The notes below the pieces were generated by a model that was given only the letters and a program-made list of their open reading frames with translations, had not been told where the DNA came from and ran no database searches. Shown here in pieces: positions 1 to 7,156 of a stretch of DNA of 36,641 nucleotides. A program made the position numbers and the translations under genes. The DNA comes from Candidatus Woesearchaeota archaeon (GTDB taxonomy: Archaea > Nanobdellota > Nanobdellia > Woesearchaeales > UBA10216), in contig JACPBX010000010.1 in assembly GCA_016180085.1 (NCBI GenBank), positions 1 through 36,641 of the forward strand, given 5' to 3'. Position 1 is the first letter of the stretch. Every line of letters begins with the position of its first letter.

Positions 1-38
1 GTGATTCCTGCTGCCAATGCTGTTGTTAAAGGCTTCAC
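1..38 (-). CDS. 5' end of a gene running off the left edge (MKPLTTALAAGI...), divergent from padR
   Basis: GAGGTGA RBS at 50-44, 5-nt spacer, GTG at 38, open to position 1; hydrophobic start resembles a signal/TM segment. Confidence 0.45.
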   Translation of the reverse strand, partial: MKPLTTALAAGI

Positions 39-59
39 ATTTATCACCTCACGGCTCAA

Positions 60-84
60 TATATCTAATTTTAGATATATCTAA
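60..84. promoter_or_regulatory. Overlapping palindromic operator in the divergent promoter upstream of padR
   Basis: ATATCTAA-TT-TTAGATAT (61-78) and TTAGATATATCTAA (71-84) are perfect palindromes next to the TATA box TATATAAA (95-102). Confidence 0.6.
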
Positions 85-126
85 AAGGATAAAGTATATA
101 AATGTTTTGATTACAACAGTGCAACA

Positions 127-546
127 ATGGCTGCTCCTGACATAAAAATAAACAACCTGGTGAAGCTCAACGCGCTGCTGCTGCTGAGCAAGCGGAAAAT
201 CCACGGCTATGAGATAATAAAGGCGCTCCAGCACAACCTTGGCACGAGGATAAGCGCAAGCCAGGTTTACCCTTTCCTCGGAATCCTCAAAAGGAAAGGA
301 TACATCGACCATTCAAAAACGGACAAGAGAGACAAGAAGGAATACTCCCTGACAGCTGCAGGGAAGGAGTTCATGCGCCGCATAACCGCGCGCCTCGCAT
401 CCGTGATTGACCTGGCAATAATGTCAGCAATCAAAACCTGCGCCCACTGCAACTGCGAGGTCTACAAGGGCGGCTATGAGAAGCGCATCAGGGACAAACT
501 GCTCTACTTCTGCTGCAGGAACTGCGCGAGGAGCTACAGGGGCTAG
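127..546 (+). CDS. PadR-family winged-helix regulator with C-terminal TRASH-like Cys metal-binding domain
   Basis: HGYEI...SQVYPFL..L...GYI...KEYSLT..G PadR pattern; C-terminal CAHC...YFCCRNCA. Confidence 0.85.
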   Translation: MAAPDIKINNLVKLNALLLLSKRKIHGYEIIKALQHNLGTRISASQVYPFLGILKRKGYIDHSKTDKRDKKEYSLTAAGKEFMRRITARLASVIDLAIMSAIKTCAHCNCEVYKGGYEKRIRDKLLYFCCRNCARSYRG

Positions 547-570
547 ATAAAACTGGTGAGTGATGATTGA

Positions 571-663
571 GCATAAGCGGTGTAGTTGCTCCGATTGAAG
601 GGAGAGCACAGTGGGGGTCGAACACCGTAGCCGAAGGCGAGGAGCGGAGAAATGAAGTTGGGC
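571..663 (-). mobile_element. attC-like recombination site downstream of lysE
   Basis: Minus strand: GCCCAAC (RYYYAAC) 6 nt after the lysE stop, arms TTCTCCG / CGGAGCAA, UUCG-capped inner hairpin, degenerate right core G(C)TTATGC. Confidence 0.55.
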
Positions 664-669
664 GCCGTT

Positions 670-1293
670 TCACATCTGAAGGATTGTAGTGATAAACTTA
701 TATCCAAATTTAATCGCAAAATAAAGTAGTATTAATCCAGCGGCCAATGAGATATATTTGAAATTCTTTTGATTTATGAATCTTCTACCTCCATGAATTA
801 AAGAAATTAGGAATATAAAGAAAATAATAACGCCAATTAAAATTCCTATACTTAGAAATAAACCTCTACTAAAAGAGGCAGAACTGGAAGCTAAATCGGC
901 TCCCATTATTCCAGTCCATAATAATAAAATGGCTGGGTTGGAAATCGTTAATACAATTCCTGGAATGAAATGCTTTTTGCTTTCAACGTTTTCAGAGATG
1001 TCTAACTCTTTATTTTTGAAAAAATCTTTAATTGCACTATAGGAAAGATAGAATAGAACCATCACTCCAAAAAATAATAAGATTATATTAAAGATTTTTG
1101 ATTGTGTTAAGAATGATAAACCGAACACAACAAGAAGAAGGTAAACTATTAATGCAATCATCACACCTAAGCAAAAAGAAGCGGAAGACTTCCAACCTTC
1201 TTTTAATCCTCTTCTAATTACTTCAATGTTTGTTGGGCCAAGGGGAGCTGTAATTGATAAACCAAGTAATACGCCTGATAGTATTGTATTCAT
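670..1293 (-). CDS. LysE-family translocator (amino-acid/metal efflux), AT-rich
   Basis: GLSITAPLGPTNIEVIRRGL and GIVLTISNPAILLLW motifs, six hydrophobic segments; visibly much more AT-rich than its neighbours. Confidence 0.9.
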   Translation of the reverse strand: MNTILSGVLLGLSITAPLGPTNIEVIRRGLKEGWKSSASFCLGVMIALIVYLLLVVFGLSFLTQSKIFNIILLFFGVMVLFYLSYSAIKDFFKNKELDISENVESKKHFIPGIVLTISNPAILLLWTGIMGADLASSSASFSRGLFLSIGILIGVIIFFIFLISLIHGGRRFINQKNFKYISLAAGLILLYFAIKFGYKFITTILQM

Positions 1294-1366
1294 CTATTAT
1301 AGATTAAATTTGGAACTTAATAAAGATTACTGAAAGTTTAACTTTATAGGCGCCCAAATTTATTGC

Positions 1367-1473
1367 ATTTAACTGTTCATATCCGCAAATCCGGCTTTTT
1401 GATGGTCTGAAAGACTGTGGAACGGCTAAATTCTGGGAATTGGAGGCGTAGGTTGCCTATGCTGCTGTGGCGT
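1367..1473 (-). mobile_element. Degenerate attC-like site upstream of lysE
   Basis: Minus strand: ACGCCAC (degenerate inverse core) ... TTGCGGATAT-GAACA-GTTAAAT (exact GTTRRRY) followed by GCAAT. Confidence 0.35.
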
Positions 1474-1496
1474 GCAAATCGGCAGTGGCCGATTGC

Positions 1497-1566
1497 ACAC
1501 AACATCGGCAACAGCCGATGCGTATAGGCGGCGTAACCGCCTATATTCCGCATAGCGGAATTGTGT
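1497..1566 (-). mobile_element. attC-like long imperfect hairpin
   Basis: Minus strand ACACAAT...GTTGTGT ends; CCG-ATGCG pairs with CGCAT-(AG)-CGG around the perfect inner stem TATAGGCGG/CCGCCTATA. Confidence 0.45.
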
Positions 1567-1718
1567 CCAGTGGCTTCTTTGGGCGTTTTTGACCGCTGCC
1601 ATGAGTAAAAGTGTGAAAGGTTTGCGGCTATTGCCGAAGGATTTACGGATTTTTGTGCCCACTGGACACTGGACAAGTGCGGGCAAGCTTTATAAGCAGA
1701 AACTGCTGTGCAAGCGCC

Positions 1719-2558
1719 ATGGACCAAAACAAGGCACTGATAGCTTTTCAGGGCAAGAATATCAGGAGGACATGGTTCAATGATGAGTGGTGGTTTGTGG
1801 CAGCAGACATAATCTCAGCCCTGACAAACTCTACAGACCCCTCAGGCTATCTAAAAGATATGCGCAGAAGAGATGAGGGGTTCGCACAAGGGTGGGGGCA
1901 AATTGCCACCCCCCTTCCAATAGACACGTCCGGAGGGCAGCAAAAAATGAGCTGCGTTTCAACTAAGGGGGCTTTCAGGCTCATCCAATCAGTACCTTCA
2001 CCAATGGCAGAGCCGTTCAAGCAATGGCTTGCACAGGTGGGATACGAAAGAGTGCAGGAAATAGAAAATCCTGAACTGGCCCAAAAGCGAATGAGGGGAT
2101 TATACAAGGCAAAGGGCTATTCTGATGACTGGATAGAAAAGAGAGTTAGAGGCATTGCTATAAGAGATGAATTAACAGAGGAATGGAAGAAAAGGGGCGT
2201 TTTGGAAGAAAGAGATTATGCTATTCTCACAGCAGAAATATCAAAAGCCACATTTGGCATGACTCCGGAGGAATACAAAAGATTCAAGGGGCTGAAAAGA
2301 GAAAACCTGCGAGACCATATGAATGACTTAGAACTGATTTTTTCAATGTTGGGAGAAAGAGTGTCCACTGAAATCACAAGAAAAGAAGATGCACAAGGAT
2401 ATACTGAAGTGGAAGGTGCTGCTAAAAGAGGCGGAAGAGTGGCAGGAAATGCAAGAAAAGAAACTGAGCAGGAATTAGGCCGACCCGTTACATCAAGCGA
2501 AAACTATCTTTCAGAACCGGAAAAAAAGAAAAAGCTAGAAGATAAAAGCAAGAAATAA
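1719..2558 (+). CDS. Bro-N domain protein (phage antirepressor-like)
   Basis: FQGKNIRRTWFNDEWWFVAADII..LT N-terminus, IQSVPSPMAEPFKQWLAQVGYER motif; start moved to 1719, about 25 nt after TTTATAAG. Confidence 0.85.
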   Translation: MDQNKALIAFQGKNIRRTWFNDEWWFVAADIISALTNSTDPSGYLKDMRRRDEGFAQGWGQIATPLPIDTSGGQQKMSCVSTKGAFRLIQSVPSPMAEPFKQWLAQVGYERVQEIENPELAQKRMRGLYKAKGYSDDWIEKRVRGIAIRDELTEEWKKRGVLEERDYAILTAEISKATFGMTPEEYKRFKGLKRENLRDHMNDLELIFSMLGERVSTEITRKEDAQGYTEVEGAAKRGGRVAGNARKETEQELGRPVTSSENYLSEPEKKKKLEDKSKK

Positions 2559-2725
2559 AGGAACCCTCCAACACGTTCGTTCCGTTCTAGTAAAATGCCC
2601 CCTATCAGTTGCTACCCACTAAAAATTATTGAACTTAACGTAGGCAGTTTCGAGAAGTTGTTGCCACTCTTAAAATTATGATAACGAGTAGCAAATACGC
2701 GTATTCACTAGTTAAGTTTAAATAG

Positions 2726-2748
2726 TTAAACAGTTTAACTGTTAAACT
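2726..2748. promoter_or_regulatory. Triple alternating half-site operator of the AbrB/PIN module
   Basis: GTTAAAC-a-GTTTAAC-t-GTTAAAC between TATA (TTTTAAATA 2717-2725) and RBS GGTGA. Confidence 0.65.
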
Positions 2749-2759
2749 GGTGATGTGAA

Positions 2760-3026
2760 ATGGAGGAAGAACTGGTTAAAATGTCGCCAAAGGGACAGCT
2801 TGTAGTGCCTAAGGAAATAAGGCTTAGTGAAAGGTTCAAGCCAACCGACAGGTTTGTGGCTTTTGGCGTCAAGGGCGGAGTGCTGTTCAAGAAGGTAGCC
2901 ATACCTACCGTAAAGGCAGAATTTGAGTCTTTATCAAGAGAGATAGCCGAACAGTTTAAAGCCAGAAACGTCAAAGAAAAGGACGTTGAAGAGGCCATCA
3001 AATGGGCAAGGCAAAGACAACACTAG
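2760..3026 (+). CDS. AbrB/MazE/SpoVT-family antitoxin
   Basis: VKMSPKGQLVVPKEIR swapped-hairpin motif; overlaps PIN gene. Confidence 0.9.
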   Translation: MEEELVKMSPKGQLVVPKEIRLSERFKPTDRFVAFGVKGGVLFKKVAIPTVKAEFESLSREIAEQFKARNVKEKDVEEAIKWARQRQH

Positions 3027-3505
3027 ACACCAACATACTTATTTCTGCTTTTGGATGGAAAGGGAAGCCAATGCAAGTGCTTGCAATGGCAGTTGAGGGA
3101 AAATTTGAGCTTGTCACTTCTGATAAGCAGTTTAATGAGCTTGAACGCGTTCTTGACTATCCAAAATTCCGTTTTACAGAAAAGCAGAAAAAGAGGTTTA
3201 AAGCCTTGATTCTATCAGTAGCAACTCTAGTCAAGCCCAAAGAGAAAATTAATGCAATTAAGGAAGACCCGGATGACAATATGATTTTGGAGTGCGGCGT
3301 TGCAGGAAAGGTTGATTACATAGTCACAGGAGACCCTGATTTACTAAAATTGAAGGAATTCAGAGGCATCAAAATAAGGACGGCAAAGGAGTTTTTAAAA
3401 GAGGGCAGAAAGGACAATACAAAAGAACTTTTCCAGAGATTTCTCAACCGCCCAAGGGTTGATTTTGGCAAAGACTTTCTGAATGAAATAGACACGACAA
3501 TGTGA
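3002..3505 (+). CDS. PIN-domain (VapC-like) toxin with extra C-terminal tail
   Basis: LDTNILISA...DPDDNMILECGVAGKVDYIVTGDPDLL. Confidence 0.9.
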   Translation: MGKAKTTLDTNILISAFGWKGKPMQVLAMAVEGKFELVTSDKQFNELERVLDYPKFRFTEKQKKRFKALILSVATLVKPKEKINAIKEDPDDNMILECGVAGKVDYIVTGDPDLLKLKEFRGIKIRTAKEFLKEGRKDNTKELFQRFLNRPRVDFGKDFLNEIDTTM

Positions 3506-3546
3506 AACGTGACACAGCATTTGACAAAGTGAAAGACATACAAAGA

Positions 3547-3728
3547 AGTGAAGGGATTCGCTGACGCTGCAAACGGCTAAAAACCGGCAGGCTCACTGCA
3601 CAGTCCAGCCGCCGTCAGCAACAATCGTCGTTCCTGTAGTGAAGGGATTCGCTGACGCTGCAAACGGCTAAAAACCGGCAGGCTCACTGCACAGTCCAGC
3701 CGCCGTCAGCAACAATCGTCGTTCCTGT
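3547..3728. repeat. Exact 91-bp tandem duplication spanning the SDR stop codon
   Basis: 3547-3637 is identical to 3638-3728. Confidence 0.95.
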
Positions 3729-4439
3729 AACGAATGATGACTCGTCAGATGCAAGGTAAAGGGCAGCGTAGGCTATGTCTTCAGGCTCGCCCAGCCTGCC
3801 GATGACCGTTGCCTGGAGCATGCCCTGCATGGTTTTCTTGTCATTCAGGATTCCCTTTGTCATCCCGGTCTTTATTACTCCGGGGCAGATAGCGTTTACC
3901 CGTATCTTGTTTGGTGCAAAATCAAGCGCCATGGATTTTGTAAGCTCAATCAGGCCGCCTTTTGACGCGCAGTAGGCAGCAATCTTTGCAAAGGCAACGC
4001 AGCCTGCAATCGAGGCAGTGTTGATTATCGAGCCCCCGCCTGCCCTGGCCATTTCAGGGATGGCATACTTTGAGCACAGCCATGCGCCCTTCAGGTTAAT
4101 GTCAATAACCCGGTTCCAGTCCTGCTCAGTGCACTCGACAGCATTGCCCCAGCGGACAATGCCTGCGTTGTTGTACAGGATATTCAGCTTGCCGAAGTTC
4201 TTGACAGCTGCGGCAACGATTGCCCTTGCATCAGAGTCTCTGGACACATCTGCCTTTACAAAAACAGACTTTCCTTTTGCCCTGGCAATCAGGCCAACAG
4301 TTCCCCTGCCGCCCTTTTCGTCATAGTCCGCAACAACGACCTTGGCGCCTTCCCTGGCAAAAAGAATTGCAGAAGCCCGCCCTATGCCGGAGCCTGCCCC
4401 TGTAACTATGGCAACTTTGCCTTTCAATCGATTAGCCAT
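3684..4439 (-). CDS. Short-chain dehydrogenase/reductase (FabG-like)
   Basis: TGAGSGIG, NNAG, YCASK, VNAICPG motifs; start set to MANRLKGK. Confidence 0.95.
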   Translation of the reverse strand: MANRLKGKVAIVTGAGSGIGRASAILFAREGAKVVVADYDEKGGRGTVGLIARAKGKSVFVKADVSRDSDARAIVAAAVKNFGKLNILYNNAGIVRWGNAVECTEQDWNRVIDINLKGAWLCSKYAIPEMARAGGGSIINTASIAGCVAFAKIAAYCASKGGLIELTKSMALDFAPNKIRVNAICPGVIKTGMTKGILNDKKTMQGMLQATVIGRLGEPEDIAYAALYLASDESSFVTGTTIVADGGWTVQ

Positions 4440-4452
4440 TGCAACCACCCCT

Positions 4453-4983
4453 TTATTCCTTGCAGCAGTCAATGATCTTCTTAAATATTTCTGCTATCCT
4501 GGAGAGCCCTGTCTTGCTTGCTTCCTTGCCAGATGAGCCTGTTTCGCTGCTTACACCGCTTATGCTGCTCTTGGCGTCTTTCCCGATGCTTTCCGGGCTG
4601 TTAACAGCCCAAAACAGGCTGTAAAGGTTGAAAGCCTCAATGAACATCTCCTCTGCTTCCTTCTTCCTGCCGTCATGCAGGTATTTTGTGCCCACTTCAG
4701 TCAGCCTCATGGTTGCAGCCAGCAGGTGCTTGCTGATGCACCAGTCCTCGCCCTTGTTGTCCCTTACTATCTTCTTCAGCAGCCTTTTCCTGAGCTCCCT
4801 GGTCTGCTCAAGCATAGGCAGGTATTGCCCGTTGTTTGTTTTCACAAAGCTGAACAGGAAGTGCTCTTCCAGGCTGATGAGGTTCATTATGCCTATGCTA
4901 AGGTCCTCGCCCAAGGACAGGTCCAGCTTGTTCCTGGCCTTAACCTCTTCAACCTGCTTAATGAAGTTTTCAACGTCTTTCAT
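4453..4983 (-). CDS. Helical hypothetical protein (EEH / WCISKHLL motifs, C-terminal CCKE)
   Basis: ATG at 4983 overlaps the upstream stop (ATGA); coding-like composition. Confidence 0.75.
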   Translation of the reverse strand: MKDVENFIKQVEEVKARNKLDLSLGEDLSIGIMNLISLEEHFLFSFVKTNNGQYLPMLEQTRELRKRLLKKIVRDNKGEDWCISKHLLAATMRLTEVGTKYLHDGRKKEAEEMFIEAFNLYSLFWAVNSPESIGKDAKSSISGVSSETGSSGKEASKTGLSRIAEIFKKIIDCCKE

Positions 4984-5540
4984 TTTGTCACAAAATAAAA
5001 TACCGCGCCGGTTGCCGCCAGGCAAAGCAGCGTTACTATTATGCCCTGAAACGGCATAAGGCTCTTCCCGCCGCGAACCTTCCTTATCCACTTGTGCAGG
5101 GCAAACGCGCCAACAGTCACAGCTGTGCCTGCAAGCGTTCCCACGAGCAGCTTGTCAACGCCAAACAGGTGATATGCCGGATCGGGCGAGCCGAGAAGCT
5201 TCGCCAGGTAAAGCGTCAGGAGAGTAAGGCCCAAAGATGCTATGATAAAAATCGTTGACTGGTATGGCATTAGCTCCCTGCCACTCCTTTTCTTTTTCAG
5301 CCATGTGCCAAACCAAAGTGCAGTGGAAACGACAAACCCGCCAATAAAAGTCCCTGTAACGGCATCATCAACGCCAAGAAACCTTGTTGCCGCAACCCCT
5401 CCGGCGGTTGCTGCAGCGCACAGAGGGCAGTGCGCCATCACAGGCTTTGCCATTGCCAAAGCAGATGCAGCTGACGCAGCCACTCCAGCAGCAAATTTCA
5501 ACGCAACGCCCCTGGCTCCCCTGAATGGTCCCATTTGCAA
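4980..5540 (-). CDS. Membrane protein with HCPLC motif after a signal-like segment
   Basis: AHCPLC, GVDDAVTG, four to five hydrophobic helices. Confidence 0.75.
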   Translation of the reverse strand: MQMGPFRGARGVALKFAAGVAASAASALAMAKPVMAHCPLCAAATAGGVAATRFLGVDDAVTGTFIGGFVVSTALWFGTWLKKKRSGRELMPYQSTIFIIASLGLTLLTLYLAKLLGSPDPAYHLFGVDKLLVGTLAGTAVTVGAFALHKWIRKVRGGKSLMPFQGIIVTLLCLAATGAVFYFVTK

Positions 5541-5560
5541 AACCCTGTGCCTTATGCTGC

Positions 5561-6118
5561 TTATGCTGGCGGCATCGGAGGATTCATGTCCATGCCTCTC
5601 TGCGAAGGCGCAATGCTGTTGTATTTTGTGTCAATAAGGTCCCTGACCTGCTTCAGAGTGTAGCCCTTGTTCAGCATGTCATCAGCCATGACCGCCAGGT
5701 CAACGCAGTATGGGCAGTCAATTGCAGCGTGGTCCTCCCAGTCGCCGCCTGTCTGGACAAAGCAGTCATACAGGTTATTCATCTTGGGAATGGTCTTGCC
5801 CCTGTGGCTCATGGCATGCATCCCGCAGCCGCAATGGCACGTAAGAAACTTGAACTCATCTTTCCTGGCTACTGCAACCTCGTAGGCCTTCATCGTCTTG
5901 GCGTTTCTCGTGGCAAAAGCCGGCAGGTCAAGGCTTGCAGTCACCGCGCCTGTGGCTCCCGCAGCTCCTGTATCTTCAGTCACAGATGCAGCACCCCGGG
6001 CTGCGGGGCTGTGGTCGCTGCTGTCGCCTTCGCCGGAATATAGCTTCATCATAGGCGCGCCAATGCTTAAAACAAGCAACGCAATAATCATGACAGAAAC
6101 CCACTTTGAAATTGCCAT
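5561..6118 (-). CDS. PCYCGC-motif family exported metal-binding protein
   Basis: TCHCGCG...SH...NLYDCF...DHAAIDCPYCVDLA...QVRDLIDTKY; N-terminal anchor; RBS GAGGGTGA. Confidence 0.75.
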   Translation of the reverse strand: MAISKWVSVMIIALLVLSIGAPMMKLYSGEGDSSDHSPAARGAASVTEDTGAAGATGAVTASLDLPAFATRNAKTMKAYEVAVARKDEFKFLTCHCGCGMHAMSHRGKTIPKMNNLYDCFVQTGGDWEDHAAIDCPYCVDLAVMADDMLNKGYTLKQVRDLIDTKYNSIAPSQRGMDMNPPMPPA

Positions 6119-6211
6119 TTTTCCCTCACCCTCGCTGTCGCCAGCTTTGTTTGTCAGCTTTCCGCTAGCTTTTCAGTCTGTGTAAAGCTTTTAGTATATA
6201 AAGTTTTCGTT

Positions 6212-6229
6212 ATATCACAATTTAGATAT
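6212..6229. promoter_or_regulatory. Operator-like site resembling the padR-promoter palindrome
   Basis: ATATCACAATTTAGATAT matches 61-78 at 15/18 positions; 9 nt from the leftward TATA TTTATATA (6202-6195). Confidence 0.45.
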
Positions 6230-6260
6230 GTACTCCAGAAGTCTAAGTTGAAGCGCTAAT

Positions 6261-6341
6261 TCATTTTCTCTGAAATTTATCGCGAAGAAACAGTGCTATT
6301 GCTGCCAGAACCAAAACGCCGCCAATTGCCCAAAACAGCTT
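6261..6341 (-). pseudogene. 3' remnant of a membrane-protein gene
   Basis: KLFWAIGGVLVLAAIALFLRDKFQRK* TM helix plus basic tail with no credible 5' part. Confidence 0.35.
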
Positions 6342-6468
6342 TGAAAACTGCAAAGAAGTACGGCACATCATGCTGAAAAAACTTGATTTCCTGCAGAGGG
6401 AGTTAAAAGGTGGCATCTGCCATTTCCAGATTGACGTGACCGGCTTGTGCGAGAAATGCAGGAAATAA
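6340..6468 (+). pseudogene. C-terminal remnant of a Fur-family regulator
   Basis: xENCKEVRHI...LDFLQREL...ICHFQIDVTGLCEKCRK* fits the Fur CxxC...H.....G.CxxC dimerisation domain; DNA-binding half absent. Confidence 0.5.
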
Positions 6469-6510
6469 TGGTGGCAAAGCTTTAAATTCGCCTGTTGATT
6501 CCTTTCAGGG

Positions 6511-7011
6511 ATGGCATCGATTGACGACATTGTGGCTGCAATAAATGCCACGCTCTCAGAGGCGGAGCTTAAACAAATACGCCATGGATGGATAGTCCGA
6601 GGCAGGGACAATGGATATCTTAGGCTAGAGCTGGCGCATTCCATAGTTAATGCGTTAGAGAAAATTGACGACCAAACGCTTGAAGGTGAAGCAAAGGAGT
6701 TTTACGCATGGGCTGTTTTTGTAGCAGAAATCATACAAGCTCCAATGCTGAAATTCGAGATTGCTGCGATACCTCACTTAGTTGGCAAAGACAGCAGGAA
6801 AGAAGCCGCGGCGGCTTCCAGGCTATATCTTAAAGGCTTGGATCTTATGAGCGTTTTTGAGAGCGATCCCAGGACTCTGGCAGGCTCCGGTTCCGTAGGC
6901 GTCACTAATGATGAAACGGGAAAGTATAATATGCTTAACAGGGCTGGAGAAGTCATTATACAGGCTTACCAGTCGCTATGGGCCAAAGTAGTTGATGCCA
7001 AAGGAGAATAA
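6511..7011 (+). CDS. Hypothetical protein
   Basis: 166-aa ORF about 25 nt after AAAGCTTTAAAT promoter. Confidence 0.7.
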   Translation: MASIDDIVAAINATLSEAELKQIRHGWIVRGRDNGYLRLELAHSIVNALEKIDDQTLEGEAKEFYAWAVFVAEIIQAPMLKFEIAAIPHLVGKDSRKEAAAASRLYLKGLDLMSVFESDPRTLAGSGSVGVTNDETGKYNMLNRAGEVIIQAYQSLWAKVVDAKGE

Positions 7012-7026
7012 AAAGAAAGAAAAAAC
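7008..7026 (-). terminator. Oligo-U terminator-like tract after the 21-aa peptide gene
   Basis: Minus-strand GTTTTTCTTTCTTTTTATT immediately after TGA. Confidence 0.4.
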
Positions 7027-7092
7027 TCACTTCTTCTTTTTGCTGCCCTTCTTCTCCTTCATGTCATCGCTGCATCCGCACGTTCCGCACAT
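7027..7092 (-). CDS. 21-aa Cys micro-peptide MCGTCGCSDDMKEKKGSKKKK
   Basis: Perfect GAGGTGA RBS 5 nt before ATG, own TATA (TTTAAA at about 7147-7142), U-rich terminator; below the ORF-track cutoff. Confidence 0.7.
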   Translation of the reverse strand: MCGTCGCSDDMKEKKGSKKKK

Positions 7093-7117
7093 GGCAGTCA
7101 CCTCACATTAAATACAA

Positions 7118-7131
7118 TTTACAATTGCAAA
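7118..7131. promoter_or_regulatory. BlaI/CopY-type operator candidate
   Basis: TTTACAATTGCAAA near-perfect palindrome containing TACA-AT-TGCA (one mismatch to TACAnnTGTA), between TATA and RBS of the micro-peptide. Confidence 0.5.
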
Positions 7132-7156
7132 TGGCTTGTTCTTTAAATATTTTCCC

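Noticed and set aside
60-84. Resemblance to archaeal XerA dif arms (TTATATCTAA)
   Set aside because: The arms abut with no 6-bp central spacer and sit in a regulator promoter; an operator is more parsimonious.
1555-1565. GCGGAATTGTG similarity to the lac operator/vector
   Set aside because: Lacks the following AGCGGATAACAATT; context is native.
6181-6191. TGTAAAGCTTT shared with the palindrome at 13799-13814
   Set aside because: AAAGCTTT is also this genome's ordinary BRE/TATA junction, so the match is weak evidence of co-regulation.
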